DNA of 64,000 nt from Candidatus Omnitrophota bacterium (GTDB taxonomy: Bacteria > Omnitrophota > Gorgyraeia > Zapsychrales > Zapsychraceae). How positions within the stretch are numbered: the first letter of the stretch is position 1; every line of letters starts with the position of its first letter. The notes beneath the pieces were generated by a model. It was not told the origin of the DNA. It searched no databases and was given only the letters and a program-made list of their open reading frames with translations. Location of the stretch: NCBI GenBank assembly GCA_029261055.1, contig JAJDCA010000044.1:77867-141866 (forward strand), given 5' to 3'. Made by a program: the position numbers and the translations under genes. Of the stretch, positions 1-9,111 are shown one piece after another.

Positions 1-1
1 G

Positions 2-82
2 AATAAAGTTATGCGTGGCCCACATCCTGAACGCTCAAACTGCATGCAATGTCATGTAAAAGGGCCAAGGAGGGAATTTTGA
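2..82 (+). CDS. 3' end of a c-type cytochrome (NapB-like C-terminus), truncated by the window edge
   Basis: Frame 2 reads NKVMRGPHPERSNCMQCHVKGPRREF*: a CxxCH motif in an HPERxNCxQCHV context. Stop TGA 80-82 overlaps the TTG of the next gene. Confidence 0.6.
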   Translation, partial: NKVMRGPHPERSNCMQCHVKGPRREF

Positions 83-513
83 CAAAATTAACCATTGAAG
101 ATGGTCGTAATGCCTTAACAGGCCATATTTATGAAAAGGCACTTGCGATTCAAAAAAAATATGGTAATGTAAGTGAATACAACACCTTATGTGAATTGTT
201 GAAAGATTCCGATTTTGTACGCTACCCGACGCGCGTTGAATTTAATTCCGCTCTTATTGAACGAGGCACATTTGCTACGGCACGGTTGGTATCTGACAAA
301 CCGTCTGACGGTTATGTCATATTTGTCCATTCCTATTTTAAAGACAAATTAGAATATGTGCCGCCGCTTGTTTTGTATCATTTGGTAACAGTGAATTACG
401 GTGATTTTGCCTCGTCTACGGATGCCGAACTTTTCGGAGCGACCATTTTAGGTTTAGAAAAAGAAGAATATTATCAATTTATTTGTCAATTAGCAGATCA
501 AATAGAAATATGA
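79..513 (+). CDS. hypothetical protein
   Basis: ORF 49-513. TTG79 preferred: AGGAGG at 68-73 and a TTGA overlap with the upstream stop. Confidence 0.65.
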   Translation: MTKLTIEDGRNALTGHIYEKALAIQKKYGNVSEYNTLCELLKDSDFVRYPTRVEFNSALIERGTFATARLVSDKPSDGYVIFVHSYFKDKLEYVPPLVLYHLVTVNYGDFASSTDAELFGATILGLEKEEYYQFICQLADQIEI

Positions 514-1550
514 ACATTATCACCATAGGTATTAATCACAAACACACCCCCATCGCTATTCGGGAAAAGTTTTATTTAACCGAAACCGAGCGCGACCTAC
601 TTTTAAGTGACCTTAAAAATAATCCGGCCGTCATTGAAGCTTTTGTACTTTCGACATGTAACCGCATTGAAATTTATGCCCATGTTTTGGATGTTCAAAT
701 GGATTTAACACCCTTTCTTAAGTTAATCTTTCAAATTAAAAAACAAATCATGCAACAAGATTTGCTGGAACATTTTTACCATTACCGAGGACAAGCGGCC
801 ATTGAACATCTTTTAACGGTTGCGACAAGCCTTGATTCTATGGTGATTGGCGAAAAACAAATTTTGGGACAGGTCAAATCTGCCTTTGAAAGAGCACGAG
901 AGAGAGGCCTTTTTGGAAAATATTTCAACATCCTTTCCAACTCAGCCATTCGTGCCGGCAAAAAAGCGCATAATGAGACGGATATCAGTCATGGCGGTTC
1001 ATCTGTCAGCTGGGCTGCGATTGCCAAGGCGCAAGAAATATTTGGTTCGTTAAAAGATAAATCTATTGTCATCATCGGTGCCGGAAAAATGAGCAAATTA
1101 GCGGCCGGACAAGTTCAAAATAAAGACTTTAAAAAGCTGTATCTCATGAATCGCACACAAGCGAATGCTGAGAAATTAGCTCAACAATATGGTGGGGAGG
1201 CCGTCGGTTTTTCAGATATTAAGGAAATTCTTACTTTGATTGACATCTGCATCTGTTCAGCCGGCGCTCCACATCATATTTTAGATAAAGATACTGTACA
1301 AAAAATCATGAAATTACGTGAAAACCGCCCCTTATTATTCATCGATATCTCCATGCCCCGCAATATCGATCCAAAAGTGGCCGAAATCCCAGGCATCCAA
1401 CTTTACACTATTGACGACCTCCAAGAATTCGTCAACCACAGCATGAAAAGACGCGAAAAATCCATCCACCAAGTCCAATCCATCATCCGCAGCAAAATCA
1501 GTGAATTTTCTGAAAAAATCGAGAAAATTCAGCCTGCATTACAGTCATAA
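510..1550 (+). CDS. hemA: glutamyl-tRNA reductase (short C-terminus)
   Basis: GINHK, LSTCNRIE, SLDSMVIGEKQILGQVK, IGAGKM and DISMPRNIDP motifs; ATGA overlap at 510-513. Confidence 0.95.
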   Translation: MNIITIGINHKHTPIAIREKFYLTETERDLLLSDLKNNPAVIEAFVLSTCNRIEIYAHVLDVQMDLTPFLKLIFQIKKQIMQQDLLEHFYHYRGQAAIEHLLTVATSLDSMVIGEKQILGQVKSAFERARERGLFGKYFNILSNSAIRAGKKAHNETDISHGGSSVSWAAIAKAQEIFGSLKDKSIVIIGAGKMSKLAAGQVQNKDFKKLYLMNRTQANAEKLAQQYGGEAVGFSDIKEILTLIDICICSAGAPHHILDKDTVQKIMKLRENRPLLFIDISMPRNIDPKVAEIPGIQLYTIDDLQEFVNHSMKRREKSIHQVQSIIRSKISEFSEKIEKIQPALQS

Positions 1551-1725
1551 CTCATTAAAATTAAATGTAATTACATCTTTATTTAAAAAAAATACGTTTT
1601 TTTGGCCCCAGACCTTGTTTTTTGGCTTCTCAATATGTTATAGTTAAAATATAGCCATTTTTTGAAAAGAAAGCCTTTTCTTTGAACAACTTATCAAATA
1701 ACTATACTTTCAGGAGAACAAAACC

Positions 1726-4700
1726 ATAATAACCAAAATTCATCAAACGAAAACACATTTAGCATACCGCCTGTTATCCGCCTTTGTAGCCCTAACCTTT
1801 GCCTTCAGCCTCATCATACCGCCTTCATCTATATACGCCCAAAGCGTGCCACAGACTGTGCTTAATCTGCCGGTGCCTGGCGTAATGATATCGGCTACAT
1901 CAACTTTCACTCCAGCGATTATTCAAGGTGTAACAATACATCCGGATAATCCTCTATTATTTGATTTTATTTTGGATCCAGGAGATTCCAATCTTCAAGA
2001 GGAAGAATTGAAAGATGAAGCCACCAAACTTATCAAATATTTTCTGGCTTCACTAACTGTAAAAGAAGAAGACTTCTGGGTGAACCTTTCTCCCTATGAA
2101 AAAGACCGCATTATCCCGCAAGCATTGGGTGATACAGAAATGGGTCGTGATATGCTTGCACAGGATTATCTCTTAAAGCAGCTAACTTCTTCATTAATGT
2201 ATCCGGAGGAGGAAATAGGTGAAGAATTTTGGCAAAGAGTACATGAAAAAGCCTATGAAAAATTTGGCACAACCGATATCCCCATGAATACCTTTAATAA
2301 AATTTGGATTGTACCGGAAAAAGCAGGCATCTATGAACATGAAACTAGCGCCTTTGTTACCGATACTCACCTAAAGGTTATGTTAGAAGAAGATTATGTA
2401 GCATTACAAGAGAATCTTGGTGTTGAAGAATATGGCCTTGATAGTATTACCAAGGAAGAGTCTACTATCATCAGTGGTGTTTCTTCAGAAGTAATTCGTG
2501 ATGTTTTGCTTCCTGAGATAGAAAAAGAGATTAATCAGGGGGCAACCTTTGCTAATCTGCGCCAAATTTATAATTCTATGCTCCTTGCCACATGGTACAA
2601 GATGAGGATCAAAGAAAATCTTTTAGGTAAAGTCTACGTAGACCAGAGCAAAACCAAAGGTATTGATACAGATGACAAACAGATTAACCAAAAAATTTAT
2701 ACTCAATATCTTGAAGCATTCAAAAAAGGTGTGTATGACTACATGAAGGAAGACTATAACCCTAATACGAAAGAAATTATTCCCAGAAAATATTTTTCAG
2801 GTGGGCACGATATTGTACACGTACGAGATAAAATTAAACTCAAGACTGATGATGCCGCCCTTGCTCAAGAAATTGCGATTGATTCTGAGGAAAAAATTAC
2901 GATTAGAGCCGGTTTGGAAGAACATAATAAAAAAATAACCGTGGCTATTAAAAATTTTGATAACGCAGCATTGACTATTCTTGATCATCCATTAAAAGAT
3001 AGTATCAAAGAGGAAACAAGAAAAGATAAATTAGTCGGTCGTTGGGTGAAAGATGCCGAAGTTTCTTACTATAAAATGCTTAATCTTTTTCTTCCTACTT
3101 TTTTAGATCAACATAAGAATAAACTAGAGACAATAAAAGATAAAATTGAAACGGTCGCTGATTATTTAAATAGAGAATTTAGCAAAGAAATGGAAGAAGA
3201 CGGTGTAAAAATTGAAGGAGCTTATAATCTTGAATATGTTAAAAAAGTTATTGAAGCAGAAATGAAGTATACAATCTATAAACCAAAACTTGAGAATTTA
3301 GAAAAAATAAAAGGAATGCATGATCGAAAAGAAATTTTCCCAAATGAAATTAAGCTTAATGATCAATATAAATTAACAATTCCGAAAGGTCTAAAGGTAT
3401 TTAGCACAGGAGTTTGGCCTCAAAAAATTGATCCTTACACGACTGGACATGATGAAATGGGAACAAATTGGATACTGTTGCACAGTTTATCGACGGTTTT
3501 TTACATTGGCGATAAACTTGATTTTAGAAAAGACGAATTAAGTTCTATTTATCTTCGTGAACCAATAATAAAAAGAATGGAAGAAAATGGATTATCACCT
3601 CTGATACGATATCTTCCCATTATGGAAACAGATCAAGATGTGTGGGGTAGCGTGGGAGAACAAACCTTTCTTTTCAAAGTGCTTCCTAAAATTGTTGAAA
3701 CTAATTTGAAAGATATAATGAATTTATTGTTGTTCGAACTAGGTTATGGGGCTGGCGTGGATCATATGCAAATGTTTTATGAAAATAAAGATGGGACTCC
3801 AAATCTAAATAAACCTGATGTTCCTGGAATTTTCTTTAATTTTGTTAAAACTATTCTTGATGTTTATGCTCAGGGTGACAAAAATCACCAATATTATAAA
3901 TTAGCCCAACTTTTGGCTCCACTCTTTTTAAGCGGAAAACTAAAAATACCTTTATTTTTTTCAGGACGCGATGCGGATCGAACAAAATTTACTCCAGAGC
4001 AACTTCAGTCTGTCATAGATAAGGTTAATACTCTCGTTGATGATCAGGGGAAGCCCATAATTAAAATTGCTTATAAATTTCAAAATCCTGCTATTTCTTC
4101 TACAGATATCAGAAAGAATAGACTTTTTTGGAAATTGCCTGATCCTGTAAAATCCGCGATACAAGCATTTAAATTCCCTCGATGGGGATATGAAATAACT
4201 AAAGAAGATGGTGATTTAGAAAACCAACAAAATCAAGTGGCCGAAGAACTTAAAGTAATTTTTAATCAATATTTTACAGGAGTACTTGACCAAGGTTTTA
4301 TTAAAAATACTATTCGTGAAAAATTAAAGAATGCGCTGGGAATAGCCTTAAATGAATTTGACGCCCATTTTCTCAATGAATTGTTAATAGGGTATACGCT
4401 CAAAAAAAGAGATGATGAGAAAGGTCAACCTACGGAATCACTTATTACTTTCGATCATCTTAACGAACGCGGGACAAGGGTGTTAAAGGAGTATAAAGAA
4501 TTAATAAATAAACATAATATAGATAAAAATGGAGAAGAAGAACTTTTAAATTTTATAATAGAAGTCCAAACTGAACTTCTTGCCCCAAGAAGCGTTGAAA
4601 TTTATGAAAAAGGTTCACAAATAATTCCAAAGGAAACTGTTGATGTAGTTGGCCAAAATAGGGTTGACACTATTATAAAAAATACAACTGACTTTCTCGT

Positions 4701-5049
4701 TGATAACGCTTCTATTGCGACTATTAATACAACTGGTGGTATTAATTTTAATCCGGCACAGTATGATTTACAGATTAAGCGGGATATGAGCGGGGCACCT
4801 TTACCTTTTGAAATGCAGCCTTTTGAAAATATTAATGTTGATGGTTTTATTCCTTACATTATCCAACTCGGCCCGGCCAATGTCCCGGCTATCCTTGGGC
4901 TTTCCACACCCTGTTCAGATCAGGAAGAGCAAGACCAGGATTGTGATAATAATACTCCACAGGGACCCAAGCCTGTAGAAGTGAGTTATCAATATTATCG
5001 GGATCCTATGGATGCAAGGCAGGATCACGACTATCTTTCTCTTATTTGA
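1726..5049 (+). CDS. large exported modular protein, paralog 1 (conserved N/C domains; HIGH-type nucleotidyltransferase-like cargo)
   Basis: ORF track starts at GTG1846, but the frame is open from 1702 and a paralog-like signal peptide starts at ATA1726 after AGGAG. Contains WVNLSPYE, GDTEMGRDMLAQDYLLKQLT, PRKYFSGG and C-terminal GGINFN...IKRD. Confidence 0.85.
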   Translation: MITKIHQTKTHLAYRLLSAFVALTFAFSLIIPPSSIYAQSVPQTVLNLPVPGVMISATSTFTPAIIQGVTIHPDNPLLFDFILDPGDSNLQEEELKDEATKLIKYFLASLTVKEEDFWVNLSPYEKDRIIPQALGDTEMGRDMLAQDYLLKQLTSSLMYPEEEIGEEFWQRVHEKAYEKFGTTDIPMNTFNKIWIVPEKAGIYEHETSAFVTDTHLKVMLEEDYVALQENLGVEEYGLDSITKEESTIISGVSSEVIRDVLLPEIEKEINQGATFANLRQIYNSMLLATWYKMRIKENLLGKVYVDQSKTKGIDTDDKQINQKIYTQYLEAFKKGVYDYMKEDYNPNTKEIIPRKYFSGGHDIVHVRDKIKLKTDDAALAQEIAIDSEEKITIRAGLEEHNKKITVAIKNFDNAALTILDHPLKDSIKEETRKDKLVGRWVKDAEVSYYKMLNLFLPTFLDQHKNKLETIKDKIETVADYLNREFSKEMEEDGVKIEGAYNLEYVKKVIEAEMKYTIYKPKLENLEKIKGMHDRKEIFPNEIKLNDQYKLTIPKGLKVFSTGVWPQKIDPYTTGHDEMGTNWILLHSLSTVFYIGDKLDFRKDELSSIYLREPIIKRMEENGLSPLIRYLPIMETDQDVWGSVGEQTFLFKVLPKIVETNLKDIMNLLLFELGYGAGVDHMQMFYENKDGTPNLNKPDVPGIFFNFVKTILDVYAQGDKNHQYYKLAQLLAPLFLSGKLKIPLFFSGRDADRTKFTPEQLQSVIDKVNTLVDDQGKPIIKIAYKFQNPAISSTDIRKNRLFWKLPDPVKSAIQAFKFPRWGYEITKEDGDLENQQNQVAEELKVIFNQYFTGVLDQGFIKNTIREKLKNALGIALNEFDAHFLNELLIGYTLKKRDDEKGQPTESLITFDHLNERGTRVLKEYKELINKHNIDKNGEEELLNFIIEVQTELLAPRSVEIYEKGSQIIPKETVDVVGQNRVDTIIKNTTDFLVDNASIATINTTGGINFNPAQYDLQIKRDMSGAPLPFEMQPFENINVDGFIPYIIQLGPANVPAILGLSTPCSDQEEQDQDCDNNTPQGPKPVEVSYQYYRDPMDARQDHDYLSLI

Positions 5050-5095
5050 GCAAGATATTCTTTACTGTTACTGCTGAACAAGATGAGGAAACTAA

Positions 5096-8000
5096 ATGAT
5101 CTCCACTCGCTTACCAAACAGACTGGTGGTTTTCGTTATTATTCCGGCTTTTTGTTTCAGCTTGATTATTTTCCCGCCAACATCCTACGCTCAAAACGTT
5201 CTTAACCTTCCACAACTGGGAAGTATGGTTTCTATGAGTCCCGGCTTTAATCCAAGCATCATTCGAGGAATCACTGTCCACCATGATAATCCATTACGCT
5301 TTGATTTTATAGTGGATCGGGGTGATAACCAACTTGACGGTGAAGCTCTAAAGGAACACGGACTAAGGATGGTCAAATATTTCTTAGCCGCACTGACGGT
5401 TCCTGAGAATGAATTGTGGGTTAACCTTTCGCCTTACGAAAAAAATCGAATAATACCGGATACTTTAGGTCGAACAGAAATGGGGCGAGATCTTCTTGCG
5501 CAGGATTATTTACTCAAACAACTAACCGCTTCTTTTATGCATCCGGAGGAAATATTAGGCAAAGATTTTTGGGATAGAATTCACAAAAAAACTAGAGATA
5601 TGTTTGGAACGACGGAAATCCTGATCAACACTTTTAATAAAGTTTGGATTGTGCCGAAAAATGCAATTGTGTACGAAAATGGGCCAAGTGCATTTGTTTC
5701 CAATAGTCATCTGACAGTGATGTTAGAGCAAGACTATTTAGCATTACAAAAAGAAAATAATGTGGAATCTCTTAATGGCGTTGTTGCAGATATTATGAGA
5801 GATGTATTATTGCCTGAAATTGAAAAAGAGGTTAATGAAGGTGAACATTTCGCAAAGTTAAGGCAAGTATACAATTCAATGATTCTTGCGATGTGGTACA
5901 AGCGAAATTTGAAAAAAACACTTTTAGGCCACGTATATGTTGATAAAAATAAGGCAAAAGGAATTGATACCGACGATAAAGAAATCAAACAAAAAATTTA
6001 TGATCAGTATATTGAAGCCTTCAAAAAAGGAGTTTACAACTTTATTAGGGAAGATTATGACACGACAACACACGAGATTATTCCAAAGAAGTATTTTTCA
6101 GGAGGAATGGTTAAACCAGAGCATATGACGATTGAACCTGATTATGCACAACTTGCCCCAGATAATGAGGTACCCATTATAAATGAAATTGGAAATTTAG
6201 CTGTTTTGACAGTCCAAGGGTATGAACTCGGATTAGAATCGAATATTACAGCGGCTAAGTCGAATAAAGAATTCAAGGGGTCAGCAGGAAATTTTTTAAA
6301 AGAATTAGAACTAAACGAAAATCAAAATTTATTAAATAGACTTTTATCGGTGGAAGGCGTCGCTTATTCAGAAATATTAAAATTTCGAGAACCAGATGCT
6401 CAAAGGGCATCTGTGGCTTTAGAGTTGCAAATCTTGGCCGAGACAGTTTTTGAACGGTATACAAAGAATGGTAAAAGTTACTATCGGTTCAGGACGGATA
6501 TTCGTGAACTTCAAATATCACTTGCTGATACACGAAAACTTTTGAATGCAATAAGAAGTATTGATTTTGGAAGAAATGCAAAAATCAGAATTGGAGTCCG
6601 GGGCGAAACCAGACCATTCCATCGTGGAAATCCAAAGAAAGATTTAACGGTTGAACAATTAGATACACTTAAAGGGCGGGTTGATGTGCTTATTTTTAAA
6701 GCCAAAGGTGTTCAAGAGGAATTGCTGGCTTTGGTTGATGAAAACGGAAGATATCTGCGGGCTATCCCAAAATCTCAAAGGGAAACAAATAAGAACCCAG
6801 GTGAGTTTACACAAGGTTCAGTGATTATTGTCACTGATCGACAAGGAAATATTTTAATGCAAGAACGCTCAGATTATAAAATGCAAGGTATTACAAATTT
6901 TGGACCTATGGATTGGACGGTCGGTGGTCATCGTAATCCTGGTGAAACAGTAGAAGAAACTGCTTTACGAGAAGGGGGGGAAGAGACTCGAGGAAAAATT
7001 AATTTTAAATCAGAGCAATTATTTGAAATTGATCAGCGTGCTGTCAACCCTGAGCAGGATACCCGCTGGGTACGAAGGACGTATGTTTATGTTGCCACGG
7101 ATAATGAAAGAGAATCCATCAACCAAAATATGGCAGGAAAAAATTGGAGTACGAATGCCAATGCAGAAGTCAAATCTTTTGCATGGTGGTATCCTGATAA
7201 ATTTGAAGGATCGCTAGACAAAAAGTCATGGTCAACAGTTATAGACTTGTTACGTGATCTACCCAATTTTAATGAAATCATTCAAAAAACAATTGCTTTG
7301 TCTGGAAGTGAAAATGATTCTGCACAAATCGCACCAGTATTATTAACATTACGAAATACTTTATTAAGAATAAATTTTGATAAAACTGATGCAAGGTCAC
7401 ATATGTTAGATGCAAGAAAAATCATTGATGATATTGCAGTAAATTTTGATATTACTTTGGATTATTTAGAACAACTTCGTCAAGCGAAGAATCAAAAAAG
7501 AGGTGGCTTTGAAGAACGCATCATTTTGGATACTAAAGATGGGGAGGATGGAAAAGCCACGCCCGTGAGAAAATTAGTTCGTAACAAAATTCCACAAATG
7601 ATGGTTAAAAATGGACAGAAATTTGTGATACATTTTGCCAGTATGGAAGAATATCAAAACGAATTGTTCGCTAAATTATTTGAAGAATTTATGGAAGTCC
7701 AGAAAGCTGCAAGCAAAGGAAATGCGGATGCGTTGAGTGAGGAGCTGGCTGACCTTTTAGAAGTCATTGCTGCCGTGGAAAATCAAATCTCTTTTAAAAG
7801 TCTTTATTCACCAACTGTTGTAGCATTAGCTTCCTTAAGGCATTATTTTCCAGAGAAATTAAATCAAATTGAGGGAGAAGAGACTGCTCTCAATTGGATT
7901 AACGAATGGTTTATTTCAGAAAATATTTATTCCGGGAAAAATGTAAATGTTCAGTTACCCAAAAATACTCCAGCGTCAATAATTATAAGTCTTGATAAAA

Positions 8001-8242
8001 ATTTAGTAGATCATTTTGATTTATCATTTATTCAAGATGCCTCAACTCTTACAAAATCTGTTGGTGGGATCGATTTGAATCCTGTATTTCTTGACCTACA
8101 ATTTAGAAGAAATTCTAAAGGAGCCCTCCTACCTACAGATCAACAGCCGATTTATGATGTGTCAATAGAAGGAATTTTACCGGTTATCATCAATCTTACA
8201 CCAGCGACACACTTGCTTTTAGAGGTTTCGCAAATAAATTAG
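5096..8242 (+). CDS. large exported modular protein, paralog 2 (Nudix and MazG/HisE-like NTP pyrophosphohydrolase cargo)
   Basis: Signal peptide and conserved N domain; Nudix box GHRNPGETVEETALREGGEET; KLVRNKIP...KLFEE...EELADLLEVI; C-terminal GGIDLN. Confidence 0.88.
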   Translation: MISTRLPNRLVVFVIIPAFCFSLIIFPPTSYAQNVLNLPQLGSMVSMSPGFNPSIIRGITVHHDNPLRFDFIVDRGDNQLDGEALKEHGLRMVKYFLAALTVPENELWVNLSPYEKNRIIPDTLGRTEMGRDLLAQDYLLKQLTASFMHPEEILGKDFWDRIHKKTRDMFGTTEILINTFNKVWIVPKNAIVYENGPSAFVSNSHLTVMLEQDYLALQKENNVESLNGVVADIMRDVLLPEIEKEVNEGEHFAKLRQVYNSMILAMWYKRNLKKTLLGHVYVDKNKAKGIDTDDKEIKQKIYDQYIEAFKKGVYNFIREDYDTTTHEIIPKKYFSGGMVKPEHMTIEPDYAQLAPDNEVPIINEIGNLAVLTVQGYELGLESNITAAKSNKEFKGSAGNFLKELELNENQNLLNRLLSVEGVAYSEILKFREPDAQRASVALELQILAETVFERYTKNGKSYYRFRTDIRELQISLADTRKLLNAIRSIDFGRNAKIRIGVRGETRPFHRGNPKKDLTVEQLDTLKGRVDVLIFKAKGVQEELLALVDENGRYLRAIPKSQRETNKNPGEFTQGSVIIVTDRQGNILMQERSDYKMQGITNFGPMDWTVGGHRNPGETVEETALREGGEETRGKINFKSEQLFEIDQRAVNPEQDTRWVRRTYVYVATDNERESINQNMAGKNWSTNANAEVKSFAWWYPDKFEGSLDKKSWSTVIDLLRDLPNFNEIIQKTIALSGSENDSAQIAPVLLTLRNTLLRINFDKTDARSHMLDARKIIDDIAVNFDITLDYLEQLRQAKNQKRGGFEERIILDTKDGEDGKATPVRKLVRNKIPQMMVKNGQKFVIHFASMEEYQNELFAKLFEEFMEVQKAASKGNADALSEELADLLEVIAAVENQISFKSLYSPTVVALASLRHYFPEKLNQIEGEETALNWINEWFISENIYSGKNVNVQLPKNTPASIIISLDKNLVDHFDLSFIQDASTLTKSVGGIDLNPVFLDLQFRRNSKGALLPTDQQPIYDVSIEGILPVIINLTPATHLLLEVSQIN

Positions 8243-8269
8243 GTGAAGAATATACCTACAAAATCAAAG

Positions 8270-8328
8270 TTGACAAACAACGAAGCATATTACATAATTA
8301 ATTAGAGATAATTAGAACTAATTAGTTG
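8270..8328 (+). promoter_or_regulatory. sigma70 promoter and probable autorepression operator of the TA pair
   Basis: TTGACA(8270)-17 nt-CATAAT(8293), followed by three TAATTAG repeats including the palindrome AACTAATTAGTT. Confidence 0.65.
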
Positions 8329-8353
8329 TGATGAATATTAAGAAAGGTTGATT

Positions 8354-8644
8354 ATGACAATAAATACTATACCGGCTTTAAAAGCACGTACACATTTTGG
8401 AGAAATTATGAAACGTTCATTTAAAAATGGAGAACACTTTGTTGTTGAAAAATCAGGTATTCCCATGATTGCTATCATTAATGCTAAAGAATATGAAGAA
8501 TATACGCGAATTATGGGGAGCCGAGAGGAACATTTTAAAATTATTGACACAATACGAAAGAAAGCTCCTAATATTCCTTCGCATGAAATAGAAAACGATA
8601 TCAACGAAGCTATTACGAATGTGCGAAAGTCAAAGCGTGCTTAA
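8354..8644 (+). CDS. Phd/YefM-family antitoxin
   Basis: IPALKARTHFGEIM...FVVEKSGIPMIAII pattern; upstream of a PIN gene. Confidence 0.85.
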   Translation: MTINTIPALKARTHFGEIMKRSFKNGEHFVVEKSGIPMIAIINAKEYEEYTRIMGSREEHFKIIDTIRKKAPNIPSHEIENDINEAITNVRKSKRA

Positions 8645-9068
8645 AGTTGTTATTGATACAAATAATTTTGTGAGTAGCCTTATTAACAAACGAGGGCTTT
8701 CCGCCCAATTGATTGATTTCTGGAGGCATGGGTATTACACACTTGTCATATCCGATGAAATTCTTGAAGAAATACAACGGGTTTTAACATATCCCAAAAT
8801 TTTCAAAAAGTATAATTTATGCAAAACAGATATTAAGCAGTTTATTTATACCTTAACTGAAGAAGCAACAATTTTACCTGTAGCATCTCAAGTAAACATT
8901 GTCAAAGAAGATCCCGATGATAATAAATTTCTAGCATGTGCCATAGATGCACAGGCAGACTATATTATATCTGGAGATCAACACCTGCTAAAACTTAAAA
9001 AATATCAAAGTATTCCAATTCTAACAGTAAGAGAATTTCTTGAGCTGTTAAAGAAAATGCCTAAATAA
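8637..9068 (+). CDS. PIN-domain toxin (VapC-like)
   Basis: VVIDTN, EILEE, DPDDNKFLACA, IISGDQHLL; overlaps the antitoxin stop. Confidence 0.9.
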   Translation: MLKVVIDTNNFVSSLINKRGLSAQLIDFWRHGYYTLVISDEILEEIQRVLTYPKIFKKYNLCKTDIKQFIYTLTEEATILPVASQVNIVKEDPDDNKFLACAIDAQADYIISGDQHLLKLKKYQSIPILTVREFLELLKKMPK

Positions 9069-9111
9069 AAGAAAATCTTGCCTTTGCAACGACTTATGGT
9101 AATATTTGGAC

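Noticed and set aside
49-78. ORF-track start at 49 (also 483, 8619, 13398, 33530, 36220, 40722, 55006)
   Set aside because: These extend into upstream genes; downstream starts with an RBS or stop-start overlap are better supported.
8354-9068. Genes following the modular proteins as cognate immunity proteins
   Set aside because: They are recognisable self-contained TA pairs, and at least two have their own promoter/operator.
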